Part shown: piece by piece, positions 1 through 11,845 of the stretch | Layout of the letters: each line of letters opens with the position of its first letter | Numbering within the stretch: position 1 is the first letter of the stretch | Assembly (NCBI GenBank): GCA_051294905.1 | Contig: CM119371.1 | Coordinates: 24,430,001 to 24,494,000, forward strand | DNA from: Botryllus schlosseri | Lineage: Eukaryota | Length of the DNA: 64,000 nt | Direction: 5' to 3' | Notes under the pieces: generated by a model | Seen by the model: the letters and a program-made list of their open reading frames with translations, nothing else | The model's database searches: none | What the model was told of the DNA's origin: nothing | Position numbers and translations under genes: made by a program

Positions 1-184
1 GATAAAAGCTTCTCATTTCATGCTATCTGTGTAAAACGCCGATGAAATTATTATGGTTACCTAATAGGGAGTACCGGCATTCAATGTTGTATGCTATTGA
101 AAGAGGCATTCCATTTGGTATGTGGAACGCGCCAATGAAATTTGTATGTTTGGCTAGGGAGATCGGCATTCACTGTCATATGCT

Positions 185-620
185 AGGGTTACCATATTCC
201 TGTGGTACAAATTCCTGACACTCAAGCCAACTAGCTTTACGAAATAAAGTGTGTCATTTTCCAAATCGGTATGGTACAATCCGATTCACTTGTACGAATT
301 ACAAGCTAAATAATACAATATGTTAACACACGTTGACAACACAATACTTCAGTTTTCGATTTTAATGCAGTAGGGCCCTTCTTAATCGGCGCTGGAATTG
401 GAATCGTCAAGAAATAACAATTCATTCGCGGCTCTGAACAATCTTCCTGCCCCGCGCATCAATATGCACCCACAGTAGCTATTCATAACATTGCCACTCG
501 CGATTTCGGTGCGTACAATAGGCCGTTGCGAAAAGTAGAATGGTCCGGAGTTCACTGGAAATGGATATGTACCGTTTACCATATGCATTATGCGTCCATA
601 TAGCTCACTGCGGCTAGGCC
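185..620. mobile_element. Decayed hAT-like DNA transposon fragment (repeated in every unit)
   Basis: Begins TAGGGTTACCATA, a typical hAT terminus. The minus-strand peptide AGRLFRAANELL weakly resembles the hAT dimerisation motif (ERLFSxA). No partner end or TSD was identified. Confidence 0.3.
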
Positions 621-1734
621 CTAGAATGCGGCCTTAGGTTACATAAATAATCGAAATGCGGCCATGATCAGCAAAAATGTTGCCCACCTCTGTATTAGAT
701 GATGTGCTAGTTTTGACATAACGATAAATGCAAGGGGGGGGGGGGGGGGCAGGTGGCGCGATTGTATGACCATCGCCATAGGGGCCGAAGGTCATAAAAG
801 GTTGAGAACCGCTGTGATAGACAAAAGTGCGAAACAGTAGATGCCAATTTCTAGGAATGCAATTTCACTAAATAGTTCGTATGTCATTATCTTAAAGATA
901 TGTCGAAATACCGAAATTTCTGCGTTGGCCACACAAAGTCATGTCGTCGCGAAAATAAGTTGAGCCCTGCCTTTCGTATAGAATATGCAAGTACAGAATG
1001 GCGAAAATTTGATAATCACTAAGACTGTCCATTGGAGAGACCTGGCGAAATCAACGAATATTTTGAATGGCAACAGATAAATGTACCTAGGGAATGTATT
1101 TCGTACTCAAAATCTCCACATTTGTCAGAAATGTGCTGGATAATACGGCAATTTTTCAATAATCACTTCGCGGATTGGATGAAATCGTCAGGCGGGCCGT
1201 ATGTTTGAACCCACTGCTGTACATCGTCGACTCCAATACTACTTCAATATTAGCGAGACGTACAAATTAACAGCATCTCAGCAAATAAGAATTGATCATA
1301 TCTACGACAGCGTGTGCAAAATAAGGCAGCGTAATAATTACATAAACAGTGATTACTAACAGCACACTGTGTCATTGCGTTGATACAAAAGGGTGCTGGA
1401 TTTCGGTCAAGTGATAGTTTGACATCGTGTTGTTCCAATTGCTGTACATCTTCTCGACTATGTCCATGATTTGGAAGGAGCTGGGCAATTGAAATTTGCA
1501 ATACACAAGAGTGACTTCATGCAATCGCAGAGGCATTTGAATTCAAATGACGTTCCATTATTTGCTTGTTCGTTGCATTTACTTGCCGTAAATACATTGT
1601 GGGCTAACTTCAATTATAAAGATTTACCAGTTACCGATTTTTTTTTTAAACGTACTGATGGTCTTCAAGCTCGAAAAGGTTAAGAACCACTGATTTATAT
1701 CATCATCGCGATTCAAAGGTTAATTATTATTCAG

Positions 1735-1902
1735 CTTTCCAAACTGTCGATATGGGATGGTACGATGACATCAGAAATTTACTGTGACGTTGCGAATATT
1801 ACTAGTATGACGGGATGTCGAACGCTATTTTTGGGAGACTGCGATTTGACGGTAGAGAAGTTGAGATGTTTCGCGACAACCGGGAAAGAAAATCAGATGT
1901 CG
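1735..1902 (+). CDS. LRR exon A, copy 1 (internal coding exon of an NLR-like LRR gene)
   Basis: ttattcag|CTT...TCG|gttagt; 168 nt, phase 0/0, open frame LSKLSIWDGTMTSEIYCDVANITSMTGCRTLFLGDCDLTVEKLRCFATTGKENQMS. Two ~28-aa repeats with LxxLxI and xxLxLxxCxL motifs. Confidence 0.85.
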
Positions 1903-2162
1903 GTTAGTTGTGAAATATGTATGAATTGCAGTAATATGAATATTTCTCTTTCCGATATCAAGACAGGAAGATTGGTCTTAGCAATAATAAGGTGATTGCG
2001 TCTCAAGCGTCGTCAAATAAATGCGGAAAATCGTAACCCTCGTCAAGTCACTATGTAATGTATATTATTATTAGGGATGGTATAGACGTGAGGTTCACTC
2101 TCGCGTTCTGTGTGTGAACCTCAGATATTTGGAGGTTCACGTTCACAAACGAAGCTAGTTAG

Positions 2163-3114
2163 TAGGGATGGTGTGAACCTCCAAAAGGTTCAGGTTCGTG
2201 TGAACGCGAACTTTTTTGAAAAGTTCTGTGTGAACGCGAACGTGAACCTCATGACGTCACGGGACGTCATATTGCTCATTACAATCCTACATTCAAGTGA
2301 AGTGATATATAGCGACGATTCGGGCCACATAATCCACAATGCTGAAGTACATACTGACTTTCTAAACGTCGCCAAATGCATCAACTGCAGCAATGAAATG
2401 ATGTAATAATACCATAAAATCAATATCTTCCGTCGCGTCACCAGCAATTTCGACGAGGACTTGCAAGGGAATATAAGGTTACGCATAAAGGGTATAGGCC
2501 AGACTGGTCAATGCATTCGGCGTCTGAGTGTTGCTACGTTGATATTCAGCAGAGTGTAATCGGTGTTTACGCCATTGACAAGTTATACAGCAGTAGCCAA
2601 CACCCCAATCGCACCGATTTGGTTTTTATGATACAATAAACATATGAAATCGAGATGGAACCCGTACGCTTGCTAGATTATTTACATTAGACAACGATAT
2701 CAATTTCATTCATTGGTTGAATAAGCATCATTCGCTGACTACCGACATGTAGCGTATTTCGCTCTTAATGTTGTGTGATTGCGGGTCAAGCTCACTGCAG
2801 AGAGTCACTAAATATTCAGAAACAGTAAGGTGGATATTTCGAGCAAACTTTTGTAACTAAGCAGATACAATTTTTGAGATTATGAAGGAGCATGCTCGTT
2901 TAGTGTTGATTTTTGATGCTGCCAGCGCCATGCATAGAGTTTTGTATTGCAATTAATTTCAACCAAAGATGTCATCATGACGTGGAAATCGTAATATGCG
3001 AAAAAGGTTCACAGTGCAGAAACTACCAAGGCTCGTTGGGTGAACATGAACCTCTAAATTTCCGAGGTTCACACACAGAACGCGAACGTGAACCTCACGT
3101 TCACACCATCCCTA
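2163..3114. mobile_element. ~950-bp non-autonomous hAT-type MITE (copies also at 7813-10787, 15482-16433, 21118-22069, 26766-27717)
   Basis: TIR TAGGGATGGTGTGAAC...GTTCACACCATCCCTA, subterminal GTGAAC repeats, 8-bp TSD ctagttag/gtagttag. The empty site (gaagctagttaggttt) is visible in the A' intron near 30580. Confidence 0.85.
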
Positions 3115-4004
3115 GTAGTTAGGTTCTGCACTGCGAACATTTTTCATGTGCTACAATTTTCGCGTCACCAGAACGTGTCTTTGATTGGGAATCTCTGCTC
3201 CTCAACACCGGACCACTCTCTGCGATGCGCTGGCAGCATTAAAAGAAACTCAGCAGTAATCGAATATGCACCTTTCAAATTTCATAAAAATCCTTGAAAG
3301 TTTGCTCGGAATATTCAGCTGCCTGTTCGTCAATATTTCTCCGCTGGGAGCTCAGCCAACAATTGAACAATAGGGAGGACAAAACACATCACATGTAGGA
3401 AGTCAGCGAATTGTGTTTTATCAGCCAATGCATAGATAATTATTGTGAAAATTATATCATGCGTACGGGAGCCATATTGATTTGAAATCCTTATTGAAAA
3501 CCCGATTGGGGTGTTGGTTAATGTATAGCTTGTTTTCGATACAATATCTGGCGCAAGTATATAAACCGGTGTTTCACTATTAACAAAACACCTGTCCGGT
3601 GGAAGTGGTACCTCGTTGAAATTGTTGCAAAGCAACAGAAGTTATTGATTTTGCCGGATTATTATCACACGTGACTGTTTGAATTCATTGAGTGACGTTT
3701 CGGATATCAGCATATACTTCAGGATTGTAACAAGGTGACCGAGTCGTCTTTAGTTATCGTATACTTTACCGACACGTATGGTTAGAATTGAAAATTTGAC
3801 GTCACGTGACCACATTGGCTCACGTCCGCGTTCAAACAGATCCATTCAAAATGGTTCGAGTTCACACGATGCAGACTCAAAATATGATAAAATGATAACT
3901 CATGTTTCCCTTTTTTTCTCTCGAAAAAAACTAAATCATACCCAATTTAATGTAAGTGACTTCTATAAAGCAATCGGCTATTGTCATAAATTTTTGTTTT
4001 ACAG

Positions 4005-4172
4005 CTCTCAGATCTGGAAATACGTGATGTCAAAATGCCAGCAGAAAGTTACCGCGAAATTCCAATTACACTCAAATCCGTTAAATGCAAAAATGTAATA
4101 TTCACTAAATGCGAATTGACGAGAATGAAGATCTCTGAATTCAAAAATGGATGTAAAGACAACCATGTATCG
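4005..4172 (+). CDS. LRR exon B, copy 1
   Basis: ttttacag|CTC...TCG|gtaagg; 168 nt, phase 0/0, LSDLEIRDVKMPAESYREIPITLKSVKCKNVIFTKCELTRMKISEFKNGCKDNHVS. Same length and register as exon A. Confidence 0.85.
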
Positions 4173-7100
4173 GTAAGGTCTACTAATGTACCGGGACGTG
4201 CATCGTGTAGATTGGTATTTGTTGTTGTTGTTTGTGGTATTCATGGTTTTTATCGGCTAAGATCGTCATTTAGACCAAGCCGATATTCCCTATTTTTTCA
4301 TTCCGAAACTGCCGACTTGTCGCATGGCCCAATTCTTGGCTTGTTAACATACCACATACGCGGATGAGATGACCAAGGTCCAAGAATAATCTAGAGAGGG
4401 AATGCGCTTCAGGGCATTCCAGAGCGAACTGTAGATTTCGAGATAAAATCTAACCTTTGTACCGTGTACCAATATTAATCATAACGGCTCACTGTATTCT
4501 GGCTACAGCTTACCTTCCATTTCACCAAAGTGAACTTTACGTCCATTTTTGACCAGCTTGCCGAGCGCTAAATTCGATAAAACGGCCATTGATTGGAAGC
4601 TGCTGCCATACTAATTACGAAAATATGAAATTTATTCTGCTCGTGGACCTGGTACCCCCAAAATCAGCCACGAAATTTACATTTAGATCGAGATTGGAAT
4701 TGTGATGCAACAGTGCTGTCTGGCTCTTTGTTCTTACCTTCACTTTCGTTTTTCCACACATAATTGTTGCGTCAGAATGCCAAATCCGATCTCAATGCAA
4801 ATTTCGAGGCAGATTTTGGGAGGTTCCATGTCTATGAGCACATTAAAATTTATATTTTTATAATCAGTACAACAATAGCTCTTCATTGATACCCGTTTCC
4901 TGGAATGTAGCGGTTGGGAAGCAGGTCAAATATGACAGTAAAGTAGCCTTTGGTCATATCGAAAGTATGGAGTAACCCGAATGCAGTGAGCTATTGAGTT
5001 TCGCTGTGTCCACGCCGTATAGGACACTATTGTCAAACTGTCTGATAGTTGACATGCGTATATTTCATTACGAGAAGCAAACGTACCAGAGTTCTCCCAT
5101 TCGTCAGACGCCTGCGATTTTAAGCTGGTTTCTTCATGGAACGCATCATTTTCATCGGCAGTTCGCATTTATACGGCGGGGGTCACATTGACATGGTACC
5201 ATTATAATAAATACGAAAAGATTGTAAGAAATTTTTAGGTTTATTGAAAAACCCCAATGATATTTCAACGAATTCTTAAATTCAAATAGCATATTGACGC
5301 TAGCCAACAACCGCTAGTTTAATTATGTGTAGAAGACCGCATAATTATGGTTTTACGTCTGAATGCGCATCAATCAATTCATATTAGTTGGTTGCTAGTA
5401 TCAACGATTCTTCTCAATCTCAATTACTCAGCATAGGCACAGCAAGCAAACTCAAATTCCTTTTTGTTTTGTTCTGTAAATACACTATCCTGATGTGGAT
5501 CTAGTGAGTTTAATCTCATCATAAATGAAATCAAAGTTCTATATATTTTGTTATGTTTGAAATTTATTTACCAATTTGACCAGTGACATGAAAAATACAG
5601 ATTGAAATAAGGATAGGTTATAACTTAACTTCATAATAAAAATTGAAGATCAAGATAAAATCTTCTCATTTCATGCTATCTGTGTAAAACGCCGATGAAA
5701 TTATTATGGTTACCTAATAGGGAGTACCGGCATTCAATGTTGTATGCTATTGAAAGAGGCATTCCATTTGGTATGTGGAACGCGCCAATGAAATTTGTAT
5801 GTTTGGCTAGGGAGATCGGCATTCACTGTCATATGCTAGGGTTACCATATTCCTGTGGTACAAATTCCTGACACTCAAGCCAACTAGCTTTACGAAATAA
5901 AGTGTGTCATTTTCCAAATCGGTATGGTACAATCCGACTCACTTGTACGAATTACAAGCTAAATAATACAATATGTTAACACACGTTGACAACACAATAC
6001 TTCAGTTTTCGATTTTAATGCAGTAAGGCCCTTCTTAATCGGCGCTGGAATTGGAATCGTCAAGAAATAACAATTCATTCGCGGCTCTGAACAATCTTCC
6101 TGCCCCGCGCATCAATATGCACCCACAGTAGCTATTCATAACATTGCCACTCGCGATTTCGGTGCGTACAATAGGCCGTTGCGAAAAGTAGAATGGTCCG
6201 GAGTTCACTGGAAATGGATATGTACCGTTTACCATATGCATTATGCGTCCATATAGCTCACTGCGGCTAGGCCCTACAATGCGGCCTTAGGTTACATATA
6301 CAATCGAAATGCGGCCATGATCAGCAAAAATGTTGCCCACCTCTGTATTAGATGATGTGCTAGTTTTGACATAACGATAAATGCAAGGGGGGGGGGGGGG
6401 CAGGTGGCGCGATTGTATGACCATCGCCATAGGGGCCGAAGGTCATAAAAGGTTGAGAACCGCTGTGATAGACAAAAGTGCGAAACAGTAGATGCCAATT
6501 TCTAGGAATGCAATTTCACTAAATAGTTCGTTTGTCATTATCTTAAAAATATGTCGAAATACCGAAATTCCTGCGTTGGCCACACAAAGTCATGTCGTCG
6601 CGAAAATAAGTTGAGCCCTGCCTTTCGTATAGAATATGCAAGTACAGAATGGCGAAAATTTGATAATCACTAAGACTGTCCATTGGAGAGACCTGGCGAA
6701 ATCAACGAATATTTTGAATGGCAACAGATAAATGTACCTAGGGAATGTATTTCGTACTCAAAATCTCCACATTTGTCAGAAATGTGCTGGATAATACGGC
6801 AATTTTTCAATAATCACTTCGCGGATTGGATGAAATCGTCAGGCGGGCCGTATGTTTGAACCCACTGCTGTACATCGTCGACTCCAATACTACTTTAATA
6901 TTAGCGAGACGTACAAATTAACAGCATCTCAGCAAATAAGAATTGATCATATCTACGACAGCGTGTGCAAAATAAGGCAGCGTAATAATTACATAAACAG
7001 TGATTACTAACAGCACACTGTGTCATTGCGTTGATACAAAAGGGTGCTGGATTTCGGTCAAGTGATAGTTTGACATCGTGTTGTTCCAATTGCTGTACAT

Positions 7101-7384
7101 CTTCTCGACTATGTCCATGATTTGGAAGGAGCTGGGCAATTGAAATTTGCAATACACAAGAGTGACTTCATGCAATCGCAGAGGCATTTGAATTCAAATG
7201 ACGTTCCATTGTTTGCTTGTTCGTTGCATTTACTTGCCGTAAATACATTGTGGGCTAACTTCAATTATAAAGATTTACCAGTTACCGATTTTTTTTTAAA
7301 CGTACTGATGGTCTTCAAGCTCGAAAAGGTTAAGAACCACTGATTTATATCATCATCGCGATTCAAAGGTTAATTATTATTCAG

Positions 7385-7552
7385 CTTTCCAAACTGTCGA
7401 TATGGGATGGTACGATGACATCAGAAATTTACTGTGACGTTGCGAATATTACTAGTATGACGGGATGTCGAACGCTATTTTTGGGAGACTGCGATTTGAC
7501 GGTAGAGAAGTTGAGATGTTTCGCGACAACCGGGAAAGAAAATCAGATGTCG
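7385..7552 (+). CDS. LRR exon A, copy 2
   Basis: Same peptide and splice sites as exon A copy 1. Confidence 0.85.
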
Positions 7553-8187
7553 GTTAGTTGTGAAATATGTATGAATTGCAGTAATATGAATATTTCTCTT
7601 TCCGATATCAAGACAGGAAGATTGGTCTTAGCAATAATAAGGTGATTGCGTCTCAAGCGTCGTCAAATAAATGCGGAAAATCGTAACCCTCGTCAAGTCA
7701 CTATGTAATGTATATTATTATTAGGGATGGTATAGACGTGAGGTTCACTCTCGCGTTCTGTGTGTGAACCTCAGATATTTGGAGGTTCACGTTCACAAAC
7801 GAAGCTAGTTAGTAGGGATGGTGTGAACCTCCAAAAGGTTCAGGTTCGTGTGAACGCGAACTTTTTTGAAAAGTTCTGTGTGAACGCGAACGTGAACCTC
7901 ATGACGTCACGGGACGTCATATTGCTCATTACAATCCTACATTCAAGTGAAGTGATATATAGCGACGATTCGGGCCACATAATCCACAATGCTGAAGTAC
8001 ATACTGACTTTCTAAACGTCGCCAAATGCATCAACTGCAGCAATGAAATGATATAATAATACCATAAAATCAATATCTTCCGTCGCTTCACCAGCAATTT
8101 CGACGAGGACTTGCAAGGGAATATAAGGTTACGCATAAAGGGTATAGGCCAGACTGGTCAATGCATTCGGCGTCTGAGTGTTGCTAC

Positions 8188-10202
8188 CAGGGCTGTGGAG
8201 TCGGTAAATTTTACCACCGACTCCGGCTCCGACTCCGACTCCACACATTTTCAAAATACCGACTCCGACTCCGACTCCGACTCCGACTCCCGACTCCGAC
8301 TCCGACTCCAGCATTATTACCAATTTACCTCGAAAATTATATGCTACATTGTCGGTTGAATGACTATCATACAACCATTAAACATATGTAAACATATGAT
8401 TAACTGTGGCATGCTGAATTGTTTCATTGTGGCACAGCTCGAATTATCCACTATGCAATTAACATGAAATAAAGATTTGCTAAATATCCTTCCTCATTCA
8501 AGTTTTTATAACATGGACTCTCTAACATCCTGAAATGTATGAATCATTCAAATATGGCAGATATCCAATCCTGTATAATAAAAATGTAGATAAAAAATCC
8601 AAGTGTAGCTCTTGTGTATGACCTAGCAACTAATAAGGAAATTGAACTTACTAATTTTGTCATTACACACTATCCTGATTACAAGCACAAACACTCTTAC
8701 TACTAGTAATAGACATCGGTCATAAATGGAATTTAGTTAAGTAGTCAAAGACCATAGCCTATGTCTAGTCTACATGTACTTAATCAAGTATTCAAGGATT
8801 GGGACTTGCAGTCTTTCTTAATCATTTGTTCGACCCAAACAGCTAAGCTACACTACAAATATTTTCAATTTTGTCAAATGAGAAGCATCGTTTGGTCATA
8901 TTTACATATTTTTACAAATTTACAAAACCAGCCGATGCATTTTCTCTGTCACAGTATCATGGTATAATTCCAAAAATTGCATCAATTTTGACTGCATCGC
9001 GAAAACGCATCTTGCGGTTTTCTTCCCCTCTGCAACTGAGTTGTAATTTGCAAGTAATGTCTTTTATCTATATCAGGTGTGGGCAACTTTTTCGGCGAAA
9101 GGGACACCTGAGATTTACGAACCATTGCGCGGGCAACGGGAATGTTGGTAACCTTTTTTCAGTCGTCGATAGGAGCGAACCGAATTATGAAACATTGCAA
9201 ACAAGACTTATATTACTACGCTCTAAAATTGATAACATTATGACATCCAACTGTGCAGTGCGCAATGAGGCCCTGGTCGCGCGAAGCGCGAAATTTTTTT
9301 GGAAGATAACGACTGAATTAGGCTATAGCTAGCTATATCAATAAATATGTCGCTAACATACATTGGGGGTCACATCTGTATACCACTGGGCTCATTTTGC
9401 AAGGACAGGATTATTCAACGTTAAGACATAGCAAAATCGACGGTATCAGTGAACATGCCTCTATCATTTTGTGCAAATGTTTTGTCGACGATCTCGCTGC
9501 GAGTGCACAAGCGAAGCCGTATCTCCTAATTGCGAATATAGTTAGACTCAATTCTGTGAAGAATATGTATTTATAATTTTCAAAAGGGGGCTCAAATACT
9601 GAATGCAAGAAATCTAGTGACAATGAATCATGCGAAGTACCGAGAAAAATTTCAAGTCAAATAAATCTGCTATGAAATATTCTACTTCATGGTCATATAC
9701 GAAGATCTGGGATAAATGTGGCTGACTGCTGTCAGAGCTGTTGTTTTAGTCATCATCAAATTTCGCGGTCATGCTAACCAAATTTTAGTTGGCCTTGCAA
9801 TTGTACCTGGTGTCATAATTAATTTCGAGAATTACCTCGCAGGCCACACCTAACCTTCTCGTCTGCCAAATTTGGCCTGCGTGCCACGGGCTGGCCGCAC
9901 CTGATTTGTATGGTTAATAATAACAGTGATTGGTGGTACATAAAAATTATATTGAAAATTCTTTGAAAGCAAATGTTTTCATGATAGAGAAGTTGGAGTC
10001 GGAGTCGGAGTCGAAATCATAGTCATTCTCACAAACTCCGACTCCGACTCCAGTCAGTATTTTCCCACCGACTCCGACTCCGACTCCGACTCCCGCTATT
10101 ATAGTTTTCACGACTCCGACTCCGACGCCGACTCCATCAAGCGAAAATTACCCCGACTCCGACTACGACTCCACCGACTCCGACTCCGACTCCACAGCCC
10201 TG
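8188..10202. mobile_element. 2015-bp non-autonomous hAT element present only in unit 2
   Basis: TIR CAGGGCTGTGGAGTCGG...CCGACTCCACAGCCCTG, perfect 8-bp TSD gttgctac (8180-8187, 10203-10210), (CCGACT)n subterminal arrays. The other four units show the empty site. Confidence 0.95.
9074..9903. mobile_element. Older hAT-type MITE embedded within the 8188-10202 element
   Basis: Ends CAGGTGTGGGCAAC...GGCTGGCCGCACCTG, degenerate 8-bp flanks atctatat/atttgtat. Related internal sequence occurs at 50853-51558 and 57.0-57.4 kb. Confidence 0.6.
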
Positions 10203-11677
10203 GTTGCTACGTTGATATTCAGCAGAGTGTAATCGGTGTTTACGCCATTGACAAGTTATACAGCAGTAGCCAACACCCCAATCGCACCGATTTGGTTTTT
10301 ATGATACAATAAACATATGAAATCGAGATGGAACCCGTACGCTTGCAAGATTATTTACATTAGACAACGATATCAATTTCATTCATTGGTTGAATAAGCA
10401 TCATTCGCTGACTACCGACATGTAGCGTATTTCGCTCTTAATGTTGTGTGATTGCGGGTCAAGCTCACTGCAGAGAGTCACTAAATATTCAGAAACAGTA
10501 AGGTGGATATTTCGAGCAAACTTTTGTAACTAAGCAGATACAATTTTTGAGATTATGAAGGAGCATGCTCGTTTAGTGTTGATTTTTGATGCTGCCAGCG
10601 CCATGCATAGAGTTTTGTATTGCAATTAATTTCAACCAAAGATGTCATCATGACGTGGAAATCGTAATATGCGAAAAAGGTTCACAGTGCAGAAACTACC
10701 AAGGCTCGTTGGGTGAACATGAACCTCTAAATTTCCGAGGTTCACACACAGAACGCGAACGTGAACCTCACGTTCACACCATCCCTAGTAGTTAGGTTCT
10801 GCACTGCGAACATTTTTCATGTGCTACAATTTTCGCGTCACCAGAACATGTCTTTGATTGGGAATCTCTGCTCCTCAACACCGGACCACTCTCTGCGATG
10901 CGCTGGCAGCATTAAAAGAAACTCAGCAGTAATCGAATATGCACCTTTCAAATTTCATAAAAATCCTTGAAAGTTTGCTCGGAATATTCAGCTGCCTGTT
11001 CGTCAATATTTCTCCGCTGGGAGCTCAGCCAACAATTGAACAATAGGGAGGACAAAACACATCACATGTAGGAAGTCAGCGAATTGTGTTTTATCAGCCA
11101 ATGCATAGATAATTATTGTGAAAATTATATCATGCGTACGGGAGCCATATTGATTTGAAATCCGTATTGAAAACCCGATTGGGGTGTTGGTTAATGTATA
11201 GCTTGTTTTCGATACAATATCTGGCGCAAGTATATAAACCGGTGTTTCACTATTAACAAAACACCTGTCCGGTGGAAGTGGTACCTCGTTGAAATTGTTG
11301 CAAAGCAACAGAAGTTATTGATTTTGCCGGATTATTATCACATGTGACTGTTTGAATTCATTGAGTGACGTTTCGGATATCAGCATATACTTCAGGATTG
11401 TAACAAGGTGACCGAGTCGTCTTTAGTTATCGTATACTTTACCGACACGTATGGTTAGAATTGAAAATTTGACGTCACGTGACCACATTGGCTCACGTCC
11501 GCGTTCAAACAGATCCATTCAAAATGGTTCGAGTTCACACGATGCAGACTCAAAATATGATAAAATGATAACTCATGTTTCCCTTTTTTTCTCTCGAAAA
11601 AAACTAAATCATACCCAATTTAATGTAAGTGACTTCTATAAAGCAATCGGCTATTGTCATAAATTTTTGTTTTACAG

Positions 11678-11845
11678 CTCTCAGATCTGGAAATACGTGA
11701 TGTCAAAATGCCAGCAGAAAGTTACCGCGAAATTCCAATTACACTCAAATCCGTTAAATGCAAAAATGTAATATTCACTAAATGCGAATTGACGAGAATG
11801 AAGATCTCTGAATTCAAAAATGGATGCAAAGACAACCATGTATCG
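11678..11845 (+). CDS. LRR exon B, copy 2
   Basis: tttacag|CTC...TCG|gtaagt; same peptide as copy 1. Confidence 0.85.

Noticed and set aside
734..749. Poly-G tract varying between units (16, 14, 11, 12, 12 G) as a phase-variation switch
   Set aside because: It is intronic and within a repeat fragment. Homopolymer slippage or sequencing error explains the variation.
8111..8391. DSDSDS / RLRLRL / GVGVGV low-complexity ORFs
   Set aside because: These are translations of the (CCGACT)n subterminal repeats of the hAT element.
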